Counted from the first letter of the stretch, positions 1-13,555 are shown. The stretch is DNA of 64,000 nucleotides from Octopus sinensis (GCF_006345805.1 NC_043007.1:12276001-12340000); one strand, 5' to 3'. The notes: a model not told the origin generated them from the letters alone. A program made the numbers and translations.

Positions 1-222
1 CCATTTTTCCATGTTACAATCTTGTCAAAAGACATTTCCCATTTATAATTTTCCCATCAAATTTATAGTAATATATATATATATAATAATATATAATATA
101 TATATATATATATATATTTATTTCTTTTTTGTTCTGTTCTATTCATTTTGACTGTGTTCGTGTACATTATCATCTTTTTGCTCATCACCTTGTACATGTT
201 CTTCCATGTATCTATATACATC

Positions 223-278
<56 letters not shown>

Positions 279-540
279 TATATAATATATATATATACAT
301 ATATGCATGTGTGTGTGTTGTGTGTTGCGTGAAAATATATAAATGCACACACACACACATATATATAGCATGTATGTATTGTATATATGTATGTATGCAT
401 GTGTGTATATGTGTGTGTGAGTGTGTCTGTATATGTATATATATATATATATATATATAAATATATATACATATACATATGTATGTATGTGTGTGTATAT
501 ATATATATATAATATATATATATATATACTCTCTCTCTTT

Positions 541-932
541 AATCTTTACTCTTTTACTTGTTTCAGTCATTTGACTGTGGCCATGCTGGAGCACCACCTT
601 TTCATCGAGCAAATCGACCCCAGGACTTATTCTTTGTAAGCCTAGTACTTATTCTATCGGTCTCTTTTGCCGAACTGCTAGGTTACGGGGACGTAAACAC
701 AACAGCATCAGTTGTTGGGGGGACAAACACAGACACACAAACACGCACACACATATATATACATATATACGATGGGCTTCTTTCAGTTTCCGTCTACCAA
801 ATCCACCACAAGGCTTTGGTCGGCCCGAGGCAATAGTAGAAGACACTTACCCAAGGTGCCACGCAATGGGAATGAACCCAGAACCATGTGGCTGGTAAGC
901 AAGCTACTTACCACACAGCCACACCTACGCCT
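541..932 (-). mobile_element. tRNA-derived SINE, family A
   Basis: Head with TGGCTGTGTGG A-box-like and GGTTCA.TCCC B-box-like motifs, internal (TA/CA)n, AAGAGT-type tail; more than 10 similar copies in the window; partial second head at about 955-1100. Confidence 0.85.
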
Positions 933-1111
933 ATATATATACATATATACACAACGGGCTTCTTTCAGTTTCCATCTTCCAGATCCACTCACAAGGTTTT
1001 GGTCGGCACAAGGCTTTATGAGAATATACTTGCCTAAGGTGTCACACAGTGGGACTGAACCTGGAACCACGTTGTTGGTAAGCAAGCTACTCCTGCGCCT
1101 ATATATATATA

Positions 1112-1486
1112 TTTCTTTATTCCCTACAAAGGGCTAAACATAGAGGAGACAAACAAGGACAGACAAAGGGATTAAGTTGATTACATTGACCCCCAATACG
1201 CAACCGTTACTTATTAATCGACCCCAAAAGGTTGAAAGACAAATGAAATACCTATTTCTTTACTACCCACAAGGGGCTAAACACAGAGAGGACAAACAAG
1301 GACAGACAAACGGATTAAGTCGATTATATCGACCCCAGTTGTAACTGGTACTTATTTAATCGACCCCGAAAGGATGAAAGGCAAAGTCAACCTCGGCGAA
1401 ATTTGAACTCAGAACGTAGTGGCAGACGAAATACCGCTAAGCATTTCGCCCGGCGTGCTAACGATTCTGCTGCCAGCTCACCACCT
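1112..1486 (-). mobile_element. SINE family B, head plus tandem second unit
   Basis: GAGCTGGCAG..GAATCGTTAGCAC head, GAGTTCAAATT B-box, CTTTCATCCTTTCGGGGTCGAT central domain, AAAGAAATA tail. Confidence 0.85.
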
Positions 1487-1487
1487 T

Positions 1488-1600
1488 TATATATATGTAT
1501 ATATATGTATATAATATATATATATAATATATATATATATAATATATATATATATATATTATTATGTATATTATATATATACATATGTATATATATATAA

Positions 1601-1636
<36 letters not shown>

Positions 1637-1679
1637 ATATATATTATATATATATATCTATTATATGTATATATATATA

Positions 1680-1728
<49 letters not shown>

Positions 1729-1881
1729 ATATATATATATTATATATTGTATATATATCATATATATATATTATATATGTAATATATATATATATATGTA
1801 ATATATAAATATATATATAATATATATCTATATGTATATATATATATATTATATATGTATATTATATTATATATTAATATA

Positions 1882-1923
<42 letters not shown>

Positions 1924-1932
1924 TATATATAT
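1488..1932. repeat. Degenerate (TA)n microsatellite tract
   Basis: About 440 nt of almost pure TA/TAT repeats. Confidence 0.95.
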
Positions 1933-2059
1933 GTAAAAGTAAAAAATACAAACTGGGACAAGAAGTGAAACATTTAGAAACGACCAAAAAAACACGGACG
2001 GGACATTTGAAGCTTCAATCTTCAGTCAAGAACCGATCATCTTTCGCAATTTTTGGCTA

Positions 2060-3143
2060 TTAACAACCTTTCATTACTATATTTCTGACCAATATACACT
2101 CCCTTATGTATTTCAATTAATTTCTAACATAATCATAAATTTAGTCTGGTTTCATTAAACAACTATAACTTTTTATTTATCAATATATTAACGTGAATTT
2201 TGGAAGATAATTTAATGAAATGTTTCTCAACCAATTCTATACTATAGATTTTTTGTCACAAAGTGACTCTAATTGCAGGTAGATACAGGTAAATTCAACA
2301 AAATATAAAATTATTAAAATTTTGTTCAAACATCGCTATAGAAAATGGGTTATTAGCTAATATTCAATTGGGTATACAACAAAATTTTTTACATAGAATT
2401 TGTTATTCTGGGTAACTTTCTGATACCCATAATAATATTTAGGGCAAATAAGCCTTAATTTCATTTAAGGTTGTGGGAAACCACAAGTATCCTTTATTTC
2501 GTTTTGTTTACATTTAGCGTAACGGTTCGTTTTTCTGTCTCGCCGTAATGATTTCAAATAGGCTCATTCAAAAAAGTAAAACGAAATAGTCTAAGGCTTT
2601 ACTCTTCTGGAAAGTCTGTGGCTTGGTCCAGTTTCTTCAGAAAAATCACTGAAAGAAACAGTTTTTTAAATTTTCACTCCATTCAGGTGCCAATTCATTT
2701 TCTTTATCGCTGTCGGAGCTCTCGGATTCACTGTTTTCACTTTCGGAAAATGAAACACAATTCATTATCAAATACCACATGCTTTTTGTTTTTCAGTTAT
2801 AGTTAGATTTATGAAGGTCTTCAGTAGAAAATCCTTGAATTCTTACTCGCTGCTTGATATAATGAAATTCGTATCCATTTTTTGTCAGAATTACAAAATT
2901 TTGAAAACACAATAGGAACAAATTTCGGAAAAAAAATCTCCCAAAATTCACGGAATTAAAATTACACTTCGATTTTTGTACAAAACTGTAGTTGAACTCT
3001 TTACGAAGTATAATACATATTTTCACGAATGTACTGAAGAGATTTGCTCTGATATTCTCATTTAAATATGAATAGGTAAATTCGGGCGGGTTTGGTCACA
3101 TTAACCAAAATTTTTTCGGGCGGTTTAGTAACAAAAGGGTTAA
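2060..3143. mobile_element. Non-autonomous piggyBac-like element (TTAA + CCCTTT termini)
   Basis: Left ttaacaaCCTTTCATTAC, right GTAACAAAAGGGttaa; same termini as the MITEs at 5348 and 43021. Confidence 0.55.
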
Positions 3144-3540
3144 TATATATATAGAAAGAGAGAGAGTGAGGTGGGGAGACCCTAAATTACAAAATAAACA
3201 GCAAATCTCGGTACATGAAACAATCAGCGCCATCAGTAGTTTATCAGTATTTTCAACAACACCCACATCACTATCCATCACTATCCATTTTATAATAACA
3301 GACAGCAAAAAAAAAAAAAAAAAAAAAATCCACAGATCAACAAGAAAGAAACTTAACACACATATTAAGCCTTTTGATACTGAAGCACTTAAGTCTGCTT
3401 CAACTCTACAGCGCAACCATCCACCACCACTACCACCACCATCCACCACAACCACCACCATCACCATCACCACTACTACCACCTTTTAAAATGTCCGTCT
3501 TTTAATTCAAATTCTTTAAGATAATTATATCTGTCTTTTC

Positions 3541-3935
3541 TCTCTTTACTCTTTTACTTGTTTCAGTCATTTGACTGTGGCCATGCTGGAGCACTGCCTT
3601 TAGTCGAGCATGTCGACCCCAGGACTTATTCTTTGGAAGTCTAGTACTTATTCTATCGGTATCTTTTGCCGAACCGCTAAATTACAGGGACGTAAACACA
3701 CTAGCATTGGTTGTCAAGCAATGTTGGGGGGACAAACACAGACACATAAACATACACACACACACACACACACACATATAATATATATATATATATACGA
3801 GCTTATTTATTTCAGGCTTCTTTTTCCGTCTACCAAATCTACTCACAAGCCTTTGGTTGGCTTGAGGCTATAGTAGAAGACATTTGCCCAAGGTGCCACA
3901 CAGTGGGACTGAACCCAGAACCATGCGGTCGGTAA
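3541..3935 (-). mobile_element. SINE family A
   Basis: Aligns by eye along its length to the copy at 541-932. Confidence 0.85.
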
Positions 3936-4003
3936 GTACACAGTTTCCATTGACCAAATTCACTCATAAGGCATTGTTGGATGCAGAGATATATGAATAT
4001 ATC

Positions 4004-4260
4004 AAGAAATGGTATCAAGAGCTGGCAGAAGCGTTAGCATGCCAGGCGAAATGCTTAGCGGTATTTTACCCGTCGCTACGTTCTGAGTTCAAATTCCGCC
4101 GAGGTTGACTTTGCCTTTCATCCTTTTTGGGGTCGATAAATTAAGTACCAGTTACGCACTGGGGTTGATGTAATCGACTTAATCCCTTTGTCTGTCCTTG
4201 TTTGTCCCCTCTGTGTGTAGCCCCTTGTGGGTAGTAAAGAAATAAGAAATGGTATCAAGA
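4004..4260 (+). mobile_element. SINE family B with 17-bp target-site duplication
   Basis: aagaaatggtatcaaga at 4004-4020 and 4244-4260 flanks the SINE. Confidence 0.9.
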
Positions 4261-5347
4261 AGGATACTTTAAGGAGAGATAACAATTTCTACATCTATAA
4301 TGCTTTACCGGTTGGCACATTCTGTTGATCGTATCAGCTGGGACCCTCATCATTGTAACTGATGAAGTGCTCCTTTATCAAACAATAAGGAAACAAAAAA
4401 ATATCACAAAACACATCTTCCTTTCCTTTAAATCAAAAACGTAGCAGACTTTGTTCCAAAAGACAACAGACAGGCAATTAAAGAAACATAAACCAAAAAG
4501 CCACGAGGATGTAATAACAAGTTGTAGACAAACTATAAATATCTCCCAGTTCCAGCTAATAACAGCACTCACAAACATCTTGAGCTATTTTCGTAGTAAG
4601 CACTGCTTAAATGTATAGATTAAGGTAACTAAATAAAAACGGTCCGTCTCAAATCACTTAGAAATCTTTACTGACTCATCACTCAATAATGCATACTGTC
4701 AAAATATCAAGAAAAAAACACATCCTTGGCTTCCCCAATTCCGTCTGTCTGTCTGTCCCTTTTTTCCCAACTCAATGTCTTCCAGCTATTAAACGATGGC
4801 AACATTTAACATTACACGCTTTATCTCACGCAAACATTTAAGCAGCTTCACTAAAAATGGTTTTTTCCAAAAAAAAAAAAGAAAAAAAGAAAAAACTCAT
4901 GACCTCCCAAATAGAATGTCACATGATATTATTTTATCGTTTATATCAGTACAACCATTAAGAAATCAACATGTTATACATGCAGCATTTTATGGTGATA
5001 ACAGAATCTTATTTCTCTCACCCCGACCTTCAGCGTCATGGACTCAACTGTTAGCTAACTCTAACTGTAAGTTTGCAAATTAGAGTCAGGTTCCACAAAA
5101 GTACTTGTAGATTAAAATAGCACCAAAAAGCAATCTGCTACCATCCACTTCAACATTTGCAATAATTTTTTTCTGCTGTGGCTTCTAGAATTATACTGTA
5201 ACCTACGGGTTGGGAAGCTCTAGTAAAGAAACCCACAATTTGGTTCTTGGGCAGGTGGTGCAGTTAGCATAACAGTTCATTGCACAGCTAATAACTACAA
5301 AACAAGATGAGTCAGTTGTTCTGTTTGACAATGTTTTCTGATGTGAC

Positions 5348-5752
5348 TTAACCCTTTTGTTACTGTATTTATTTTGAGATGTTCTGTGTTTCTTTCAATT
5401 AATTTTAGATATAACAAGGAATTTAGTAAAATAACTTAGTTATCATTCAGCTAATGTTAGGAACATAAATTGTGACTAAGGTTTGGTGGACGATTTTAAT
5501 TCAGAACTTATGAAAACAAGGCATTTGTACTACAGAGCCGATTTCAGCAGGGTTGGTAACAAAAGGGTTACCATATTTATTTTGAGGTGCTCTATGTTTC
5601 TTTCAATTAATTTTAGATACAACAAAGAATTTAGTAAAATAACTTAGTTATCATTAAGCTGGTGTTAGGAACATAAATTGGGACTAAGGTTTGGTGGAGT
5701 ATTTTAATTCAAAACTGAAGCGGTTTCAGCAGTGTTGGTAACGAAAGAGTAA
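5348..5752. mobile_element. Tandemly duplicated piggyBac-like MITE
   Basis: ttaaCCCTTTTGTTAC...GTAACAAAAGGGtta followed directly by a second diverged copy. Confidence 0.7.
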
Positions 5753-6235
5753 AGTTACTAAATTCAGTTACTAGTTAAGATCAAGAGAATATTCAAATTC
5801 ATCTGTAGCAAAAAGCTAAAGTTTGTCCCCTTAAGTAATTATATGTTCTTTTCTACTCTAGGCACAAGGCCTGAAATTTTGTGGGAGGGGGCCAGTCGAT
5901 TAGATCAACCCCAGTATGCAACAGGTACTTAATTTATCGACCCCTGAAAGGATGAAAGGCAAAGTTGACCTCAATGGAATTTGAATAATTTATTACATAT
6001 TACAATACAATTTAACATACTTGTACAGTAAAGAATATTGTTTGATTTTCTTTTTTTATTTTTTCGTTCTCAATAAGTTACAGCCATCTAATAAATACCT
6101 TTCAAATTATGTGTACAAAAATAAAGGGAAAGAAAAAGAAAGCAACTCTATGTTTTTTATTCTGTTTGTTTTATATTTTTGTCCCCATTTAATATACCTA
6201 AAATATCTGGCTACTGTATCTGTATATGCATCTAT

Positions 6236-6280
<45 letters not shown>

Positions 6281-6494
6281 GCCGTTGCCAGTACCGCCTG
6301 ACTGACCCCTGTGCCAGTGGCATGTAAAAGCACCCACTACACTCTTGGAGTGGTTGGCGTTAGGAAGGGCATCCAGCTGTAGAAACTCTGCCAGATCAGA
6401 TTGGAGCCTGGTGCAGCCTTCTGGCTTGCCAGTCCCCAGTCAAATCATCCAACCCATGCTAGCATGGAAAGCAGACGTTAAACGATGATGATGA
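6281..6494 (+). mobile_element. 5'-truncated RTE-LINE 3' UTR (family C) with (GAT)n tail
   Basis: GTGGTTGGCGTTAGGAAGGGCATCCAGCTGTAGAAAC...CGTTAAACGATGATG; linked to an RT-ORF end in the copy at 35108-35428. Confidence 0.8.
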
Positions 6495-7315
6495 TATACA
6501 TATATATATATATATATATATATTGTGTCTGGGGAGGGTCATTTTCTTTGAGTGCCTAATTATTAAACACACTCACTGGTAAAGTTTCCACTCATTTTTC
6601 ATTTCTTTTTTTTCTAAAATTTCGTTGCATCTTGCAACACTTTTTCAATAGTCATCGACTCTGTCCGTTATCTGAGCTGCATTCTTTTGTTTGTTTGTGC
6701 GCATGTGTGTGGGTCAGTTTGTGTGCACATACACATGTATGTATGTATGTATGTATGTATGTATGTATGTATGTATGTATGTATGTATGTATGCATGTAT
6801 ATGTATGCATGTATATGTATGCATGTGTGTGTGTATGCATGTGTGTGTGCATGCATGTATAGATGTATGTGTGTATGTTTGTATTTATGTATTCTGCATA
6901 TTTATGTGTTCATGTTTTTTGTGTGTGTGTGTGTGTCTGTGTGTGTACCTCTGTCTCCTTGTGTGTTCATGTCAGAGTGTATCTGTGTATGGGTTTTTGT
7001 GACTATGTACTGTGTCTCTATGTATGGATGCATATCTCCATATGTGTTCTTGTGTGAAGTGTGTGTGTGTGTACATGGTCACATGTGTCAGTCTTCATTT
7101 GAGTATGCATGTGTGTATATGTATGTATGTGTGTGTGTGTGTGTATGTGTATAGAGAGAGGGAGAGAGAGATGGAGGGAAATAAACACACACACATACAC
7201 ACATGAAAAATTTTTAATCCGAGACTTAAACATTTCGAGAAGGTGTATATGACCAATCTTAAAAAATTAAACACCACATATACACATACAAGTATATATG
7301 TACATACAAGCATAC

Positions 7316-7365
<50 letters not shown>

Positions 7366-7617
7366 AACTTTTCATTTGTAAACCATATCTCTATTCATTC
7401 CTGTAACTTGAAGAATATTATAAATAGTGGTAAAAAAATTTCTTGAACTATTCAAGTTTTACTTTTCAAAAGTAACAATCATTACTATTCAAAAGTTGTT
7501 TTGATTTATAGAAAACAAAAACAAAAAATTAAAAAAAAAACAAGAAAGAGAGAGAGAGAACAAATAGGAAAAAATTTTTGGAATTCTTTAAATAAAACAG
7601 TTGAAAGAATTTCTTAC

Positions 7618-7734
7618 CCACAGCTTGTTTCCAGCATTGACCCTTCAACTTGTAACGATGCCATTCCGAAATCTGCGACTCTAATATTATTCTTTTCATC
7701 TAAAAGCAAATTTTCTGGTTTTAAATCTCTGTGA
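7618..7734 (-). CDS. BRSK2: BRSK/SAD kinase coding exon (catalytic loop, DFG, T-loop), 117 nt
   Basis: tttcag|T CAC AGA GAT ... AGC TGT GG|gtaaga = [38 protein letters not shown](G). Confidence 0.96.
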
Positions 7735-9077
7735 CTGAAAAAGATAAAGGAACAATTTTAAATCCTTAATGAATGACTTAAGTAAACAAACAAATAAATA
7801 GATCGTTATCACAGTAATTATACATTTGCTTGTTATTTTGTGTAATGTCTGTCTGGATAAAACACAAAGATGACTCCAGTGGGGCTTGAACTCAGAATAC
7901 AAGGGGTTGGAATAAATATGGCAATGCATTGTATTTGACACTCTAACAACTCAGTTAATTCATCCATTTACTCACATATAGTAATTCCACAGAAGAAAAA
8001 CCTTCTGCAATAAATGCCTGTTATTATAATTGCATAGATGAGGTCACACAGGTCCAAGATACCTGGCGCTTTGCTGTACTCAAGAAGACCCGACAGTGCC
8101 GGAGGTTAATACACCGCCGGTATGTTCTGAAGCCCCGTCGGTGGGAATTGTGCCACCGACGGAGGAAGTTGTAGCCTCGACCCAATGGAGGAACAATATT
8201 TGGTTTTCTCCAGAAAGTGAGAGGCAATGGGAAAGCTTTTTAAAAAGCTTTCCAGGGGAGGAGACATAACCTGAAATGGACTCCTTCCCTGTGGACATAT
8301 TCCGCTTCTGATCGAGGTACCCTGATCTGGCACTATTGGAGTGCCTGAGTGACACTTCGTGACGGGTCAGGTGCCGGCGGGGTGGTAAATTGTAAAAGTA
8401 AGAGGATGAGTGCCTCATATTGTAAGGGTAATATGGCCCATAAGAAGAGAATTGTAAGAGGCCAAGTGCCTCATTTCAAGGACATGGTGTCACTTGAGGT
8501 AAGAGGCTTAGTGCCTCCTTGGAAGGAATTTGAGTCTAAAAGAAATATTGGTAAGAGGTTTACTGCCTCAAATTGTAAGTTCACAAAAGCACAATGTTTT
8601 AGAGAAGCAAAGATCGGTGGGCATCTTTTGCCTTCTCTCATTAATATCATCCTTTTCATCATTCATCTCATCTCATTACTGTCTTTGTCCAGCCAGCAGC
8701 TTCTTCATCTGTGTACGGCTTTCATAGCCAATTTAGTGAAATAAAGAAGACCCGTTCTCCACAGCAGAAGTGTTAAGGCCGGTTCCCCCTGGTGAAAAGG
8801 ATTGGTCTGCAAGAGTCCTGTGCCGGTGCCATGTAAAATGCACCCAACACACTTTGTAAAGTGGTTGGCATTAGGAAGGGCATCCAGCAGTAGAAACCGA
8901 GCCAAGTCAGACTGGAACTTGGTGGTACAGCTCTCCAGCTTGCCACCAGCTCTAGCCAAACAATCCAACCCATGCCAGCATGGACAACAGATGTTAAATG
9001 ATGATGATGATGAGGAGGAGGAGGATGATAAGATAAATTAGCAGAATCGTTAGAGCATTGAACAAATTGCCTTGTGT

Positions 9078-9370
9078 TATTTCTTTTGGCTCTATACATT
9101 CTATTTTGCCTTTTATACCTTTGGAGCCAATAAAACAAAGGTACCAGTCATATATTGGGTCCCATGGTATTTCTTCTGGCTCTATACATTCTATTTTGCC
9201 TTTTATACCTTTGGAGCCAATAAAACAAGGTACCAGTCATATATTGGGTCCTATGGTATTTCTTCTGGCTCTATACAGTCTATTTTGCCTTTTATACCTT
9301 TGGAGCCAATAAAACAAAGGTACCAGTCATATATTGGGGGCCATAGTATTTCTTCTGTCTCAATACATTT
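9078..9370 (+). repeat. Tandem repeat, about 90-bp unit x3, derived from a SINE-B internal segment
   Basis: Units start at 9078, 9168, 9257 and (partial) 9347. Confidence 0.85.
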
Positions 9371-10689
9371 TGAATTCAAATCCTGTTGACTTCAACTTTG
9401 CCCCTTCATCCTTCTGGGGTTTTAGAAGATAAAGTATTAGGGGTTAATGATATTAACCATATACCTCCTTCAAAAATTTCTGCCTAAATTAAACATTGCT
9501 TAGATGCATTAATTTTTGTTCAAATATAACAAATGAGCCTTAAGAGGTTTCATCCAAGTTTTTTAATTTTGTCATTTTCTTCTCATGAGCACACGACGTT
9601 TTGAAAGCATCAAGAATTATCAAGCATAGGCGTTATAGAGTTAAATAATTATCTTTTCTTCGTTTGATTAGTTTTAATAAATGAAAACATCGATATTTAG
9701 AATTCTTCTCTTTATTCTATATATATATATGTATTGTTAGTTTCTTTGCTGTAACTCAGCAATCACTGCTGCAAATGGAATACGAGCTGTAGTGTTTGTT
9801 GGATCTCTCTGAATTAATCAGCCACAAGCAGTTTATTCCTTTCTTCCTACGATAGCATTATCAACAAAAGCTACGATAAACTGCTAAGTGAACTTAATAG
9901 CTTCCATTCTTGTGAGTCACAGTATATGATACACAACCAGATATAGCGTACTCCCCGTGAAGAAAGCAATCTTATCGTAAAGCAAAACAGTTTCTTTCCA
10001 AAGTATACAATGTTACATTTCAGTAATACGTAGAAAAAAAAAGGAAAAAAAACCCAAAAAAAAACAGAATAGAAAAATGATGAGAAGCAAATAAAAAAAA
10101 TTTTTTTTTTCGTTTTCTCTGTTATAAATAAATGTCTAATTCATTTCTAAACCTGAAGAACAAAAGAATTCTCTTTTGTTTTTTTTTAACTTTGAATATT
10201 TATATTGCGTTTTAAACAGATTTTAATATCCATTTTAAAGGCTTTCCTTCATTTCTTTTATGCATTTTATATCGCCAGTAATAAAAACTTAACGACAGAC
10301 AAAATGCTTAGCAGCATTTTGTCCAGTGTACACTATACATACACACACACACACTTGTGTGTGCGTGCACGTATGTGTGTGTGTGTATGTATGTGTATAT
10401 ATATTGTATATAAAGGGTGCGGAGCTTGCACCGGTAACCAGTTGGTGGAGAATCTGCCCGGGGTTATACTAGTAGTATAGTCATTTTATGGTTATTAAGC
10501 ACGTGTTTGGAAAACAAATTAACAAGAATTTTGTTATGGGATTTTAATTTAGGTCATTTTATGACAGGAAGTTTGTATCATAGAATCCAGGGTGGCCTCG
10601 GGTGGGTTGATAGAGCTGATTCAGAGGGACACAGAGACAGAGATATTTACAGGTGTTATCCACCTGGGCCAGCAAAGATGACTGAAAGG

Positions 10690-11304
10690 TAAAGACCCCC
10701 TTTGGTCATGCATGACTATGGGATTGCACCTAGAAAGTACCCCTCCGAGGCACAAGTCCGGGCAAGGTTGTTTATGGAAGACCAGCAGTCGCCCATGCAT
10801 ACCAGCTTTCCCTCTCCATGACACCAGTATTATCCAAGGGAAAAGCAAAGGGGCCGATACAGCTTGGCACCAGTGACGTCACAACTCATTTCTACAGCTG
10901 AGTAAACTGGAGCAACGTAAAATAAAGTGCCTTGCTCAAGGACACAACACACAACCTGGACATATAAAAGACCCCCTTCAGTCATGAATGACCATGGGAT
11001 TGCACCTAGAAAGTACCCCTCCGAGGCACAAGTCCAGGCAAGGTTGTTTATGGAAGACCAGCAGTCACCCATGCATACCAGTCTCCCCTCTCCACACCAC
11101 CGATGTTATCCAAGGGTAAGGCAAAGGGGCCGATACAGCTTGGCACCAGTGACATCACAATTCATTTCTACAGCTGAGTGAACTGGAGCAACGTGAAATA
11201 AAGTGTCTTGCTCAAGAACACAACACACAGCCTGGACCAGGAATCGAACTCGCAACCACATGACTGCAAACCTGACATTCTAACCACTGAGCCATGTGCC
11301 TTCA
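10690..11304 (-). mobile_element. CORE-like tRNA SINE (family E), tandem dimer
   Basis: TGGCTCAGTGG / GAGTTCGATTCC head, then TGTGTTCTTGAGCAAGACACTTTATTTCAC...CAGCTGTAGAAATG CORE-like domain; body repeated at about 10690-10955 and 10968-11230. Confidence 0.8.
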
Positions 11305-11420
11305 CAATGACTGATGAGGTAAGTCTATATTGTTCCAAAGTAGTGAATCCCAAGCTGGAATCTCACCACTTGAAGTAGTTGAATGTGTTACCTAGGACAG
11401 TGTTTTATCATATATTTGTG

Positions 11421-11837
11421 AGGCGTGAGAGTGGCTGTGTGGTAAGTAGATTGCTTACCAACCACATGGTTCCGGGTTCAGTCTCACTGTGTGACACCTT
11501 GGGCAAGTGTCTTCCACTATAGCCTCGGGCCGACCAAAGCCTTGTGAGTGGATTTGGTAGACGGAAACTGAAAGAAGCCCATCGTATATATGTATATGTG
11601 TGTGTGTGTGTGTTTGTGTGTCTGTGCTTGTCTCTCCAACATCGCTTGACAACCGATGCTGGTGTATTTACATCCCCGTAACTTAGCGGTTTGGCAAAAG
11701 AGACAGATAGAATAAGTACTAGGCTTACAAAGAATAAGTCCTGGGGTCGATTTGCTTGACTAAAGGCGGTGCTCCAGCATGGCCACAGTCAAATGACTGA
11801 AACAAGTAAAAGAGTGAAAAGAGTAAAGAGTAAGAGT
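11421..11837 (+). mobile_element. SINE family A, full length
   Basis: Head to AAGAGT tail. Confidence 0.85.
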
Positions 11838-12196
11838 AACAGCATTGTTGGTTACAGTTTTCTAAAGGACCAATGATTGGGTCCCTTGCAAAAGTGACAA
11901 AGCAGAACATGTGTAACTGGAGCATTGGTTAACCCATAGTTATAAGTAAAACATACTTGTCCAAGGTGTTACTCAATGGGATTGAACCTGAAACCACGTG
12001 GTTGTGAAGCAAACTTCTTTGCCACACAACTATGCTGGCACCTATGGATTGAATTATTTTGGTACCTATGAGCAATTTCTGACGAATTATCATTGAAACT
12101 AAACATGTTACTGGTCATACGATAGGCAACTTTGAAAATACACTTTTACCACTATGGGTAGTATCAATAAATACAATATACATCAGCAGCAGCAGT

Positions 12197-12567
12197 GGAG
12201 GTGCAATGACCCAGTGGTTAGGGCAGCGGACTCTCAATCGGAGGATCGTGGTTTCGATTCCCAGACCAGGCGTTGTATGTGTTTATTGAGCGAAAACACC
12301 TAAAGCTCCACGAGGCTCCGGCAGGGGGTGGTGGCGACCCCTGTTGTACTCTTTCGCTCCAACTTTCTCTCACTCTTTCTTCCTGTTTCTTGTCCCCGAC
12401 TTCCTACGCAACCGCTGAGCCTGGATGCACATTTATCCTTCCATCGATGCTCTCAGTGTCAGGGGTTGACCTGCTTTCTCTTCTGCGGGTCTTACAAATA
12501 GCAAAGGACCACGTTTCGGACTTCTCTCATTACAGAAGACTGCTACGATCAACATCAACATCAACAT
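12197..12567 (+). mobile_element. tRNA-derived SINE family D (tail type 1) with TSD
   Basis: CCCAGTGGTTAGGGCAGCGGAC...GGTTTCGATTCC head; catcagcagcagc duplicated at 12181-12193 and 12568-12580. Confidence 0.8.
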
Positions 12568-13321
12568 CATCAGCAGCAGCCGTTCAAGAATTTGGACCTG
12601 GAGATCTCCATTTCCAGCGACTTCGAGGGCCACCTCCCAGTGGTGTCGGGCATCAACAAAGAGCCCTCGACTACAACAAGACGACCAAAGTTCTTTTGTT
12701 TTTTTCCCAAGGTCTGGGGTCTCCTGCCCCTAAGCCCTAGACCATCACCTAATCACCCTTACCCGTCTTGTTGCTTAATAATAACAACAGCAACAGCAAC
12801 TACAACAGCAGCAGCAACAGTATCATCATCATCATCATCATTTTAAAGTCCATTTTCCATGTTGGCATAGTTTGGATGGTTTGGTTCCAGTTCACTCCAA
12901 TGTTTGCTTTAACATGCTTTCTATGGCTGAATGCCTTTCTTAATACCAAGAATGCTCTTCATAATACCAATAATAAAATTAAACAGAAATTTCTAATTTG
13001 TATAACCCCTTCCATGCCTACTCTGTCATTTACTCCCCCTCCCCCTCCTTTGTGTCCATGATTCTTTCCACTCACTCTACACCTCTAATGTTGACTCTCT
13101 CTCTTTGTCTCTCTTTTAGTTTGTCTCTCCTCTCTCTATACAATGTAAAGTATGACTTGACAAATCAATCCACCATCCGACATTATTATACAGAGATGCT
13201 AAGGCAGACAAAACACTTAGTGGCATTTCATCCCTCTGTATGTTCTGAGTTCAAACTCCATCATGGTCATCTTTACTTTTCATCCTTTTGGGGTCAACAA
13301 AATAAGTACCAGTTGAGGCAA

Positions 13322-13555
13322 GAATGGAGGATAGCTGTGTGAAAAAGTGCCACACCCTAGCGGTTGAGGGAACCTATGGAAGAGGTAGACCCAGGAAGAC
13401 CTGGGATGAAGTGGTGATGCACGACCTTCGAACATCAGGCCTCATCGATGCAATGACCAGTGACCAAGACCTTTGGAAATATGCTGTGCTTGAGAAGACC
13501 CGGTGAGCCAAGTGAGACCATAACCTCGTAGCCTATGCCAGAGGTGTAACCAGCC
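13322..13555 (+). mobile_element. RTE-clade LINE ORF C-terminal fragment
   Basis: VEGTYGRGRPRKTWDEVVMHDL...DQDLWKYAVLEKTR* is a typical RTE C-terminus (GRPRKTW motif). Confidence 0.8.

Noticed and set aside
63-1973. Many YI/HT/CV-rich ORFs (also at 6600-7400, 42300-43000, 58400-59100 and 61300-61750)
   Set aside because: Dinucleotide microsatellites lack stop codons in several frames
1996-2030. Hammerhead-like CTGAAGA...CAAATGTC on minus (similar at about 45405-45440 and 16050-16170)
   Set aside because: GAAA box broken and helix I not formable; at most decayed Penelope-like remnants
1-7617. Next BRSK micro-exon (SPHYACPEVI)
   Set aside because: No matching codons with splice sites found by eye; a very short exon could have been missed
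8398-8569. CRISPR array
   Set aside because: Eukaryotic intron, only four degenerate 19-nt repeats, no cas genes; kept only as a structural finding
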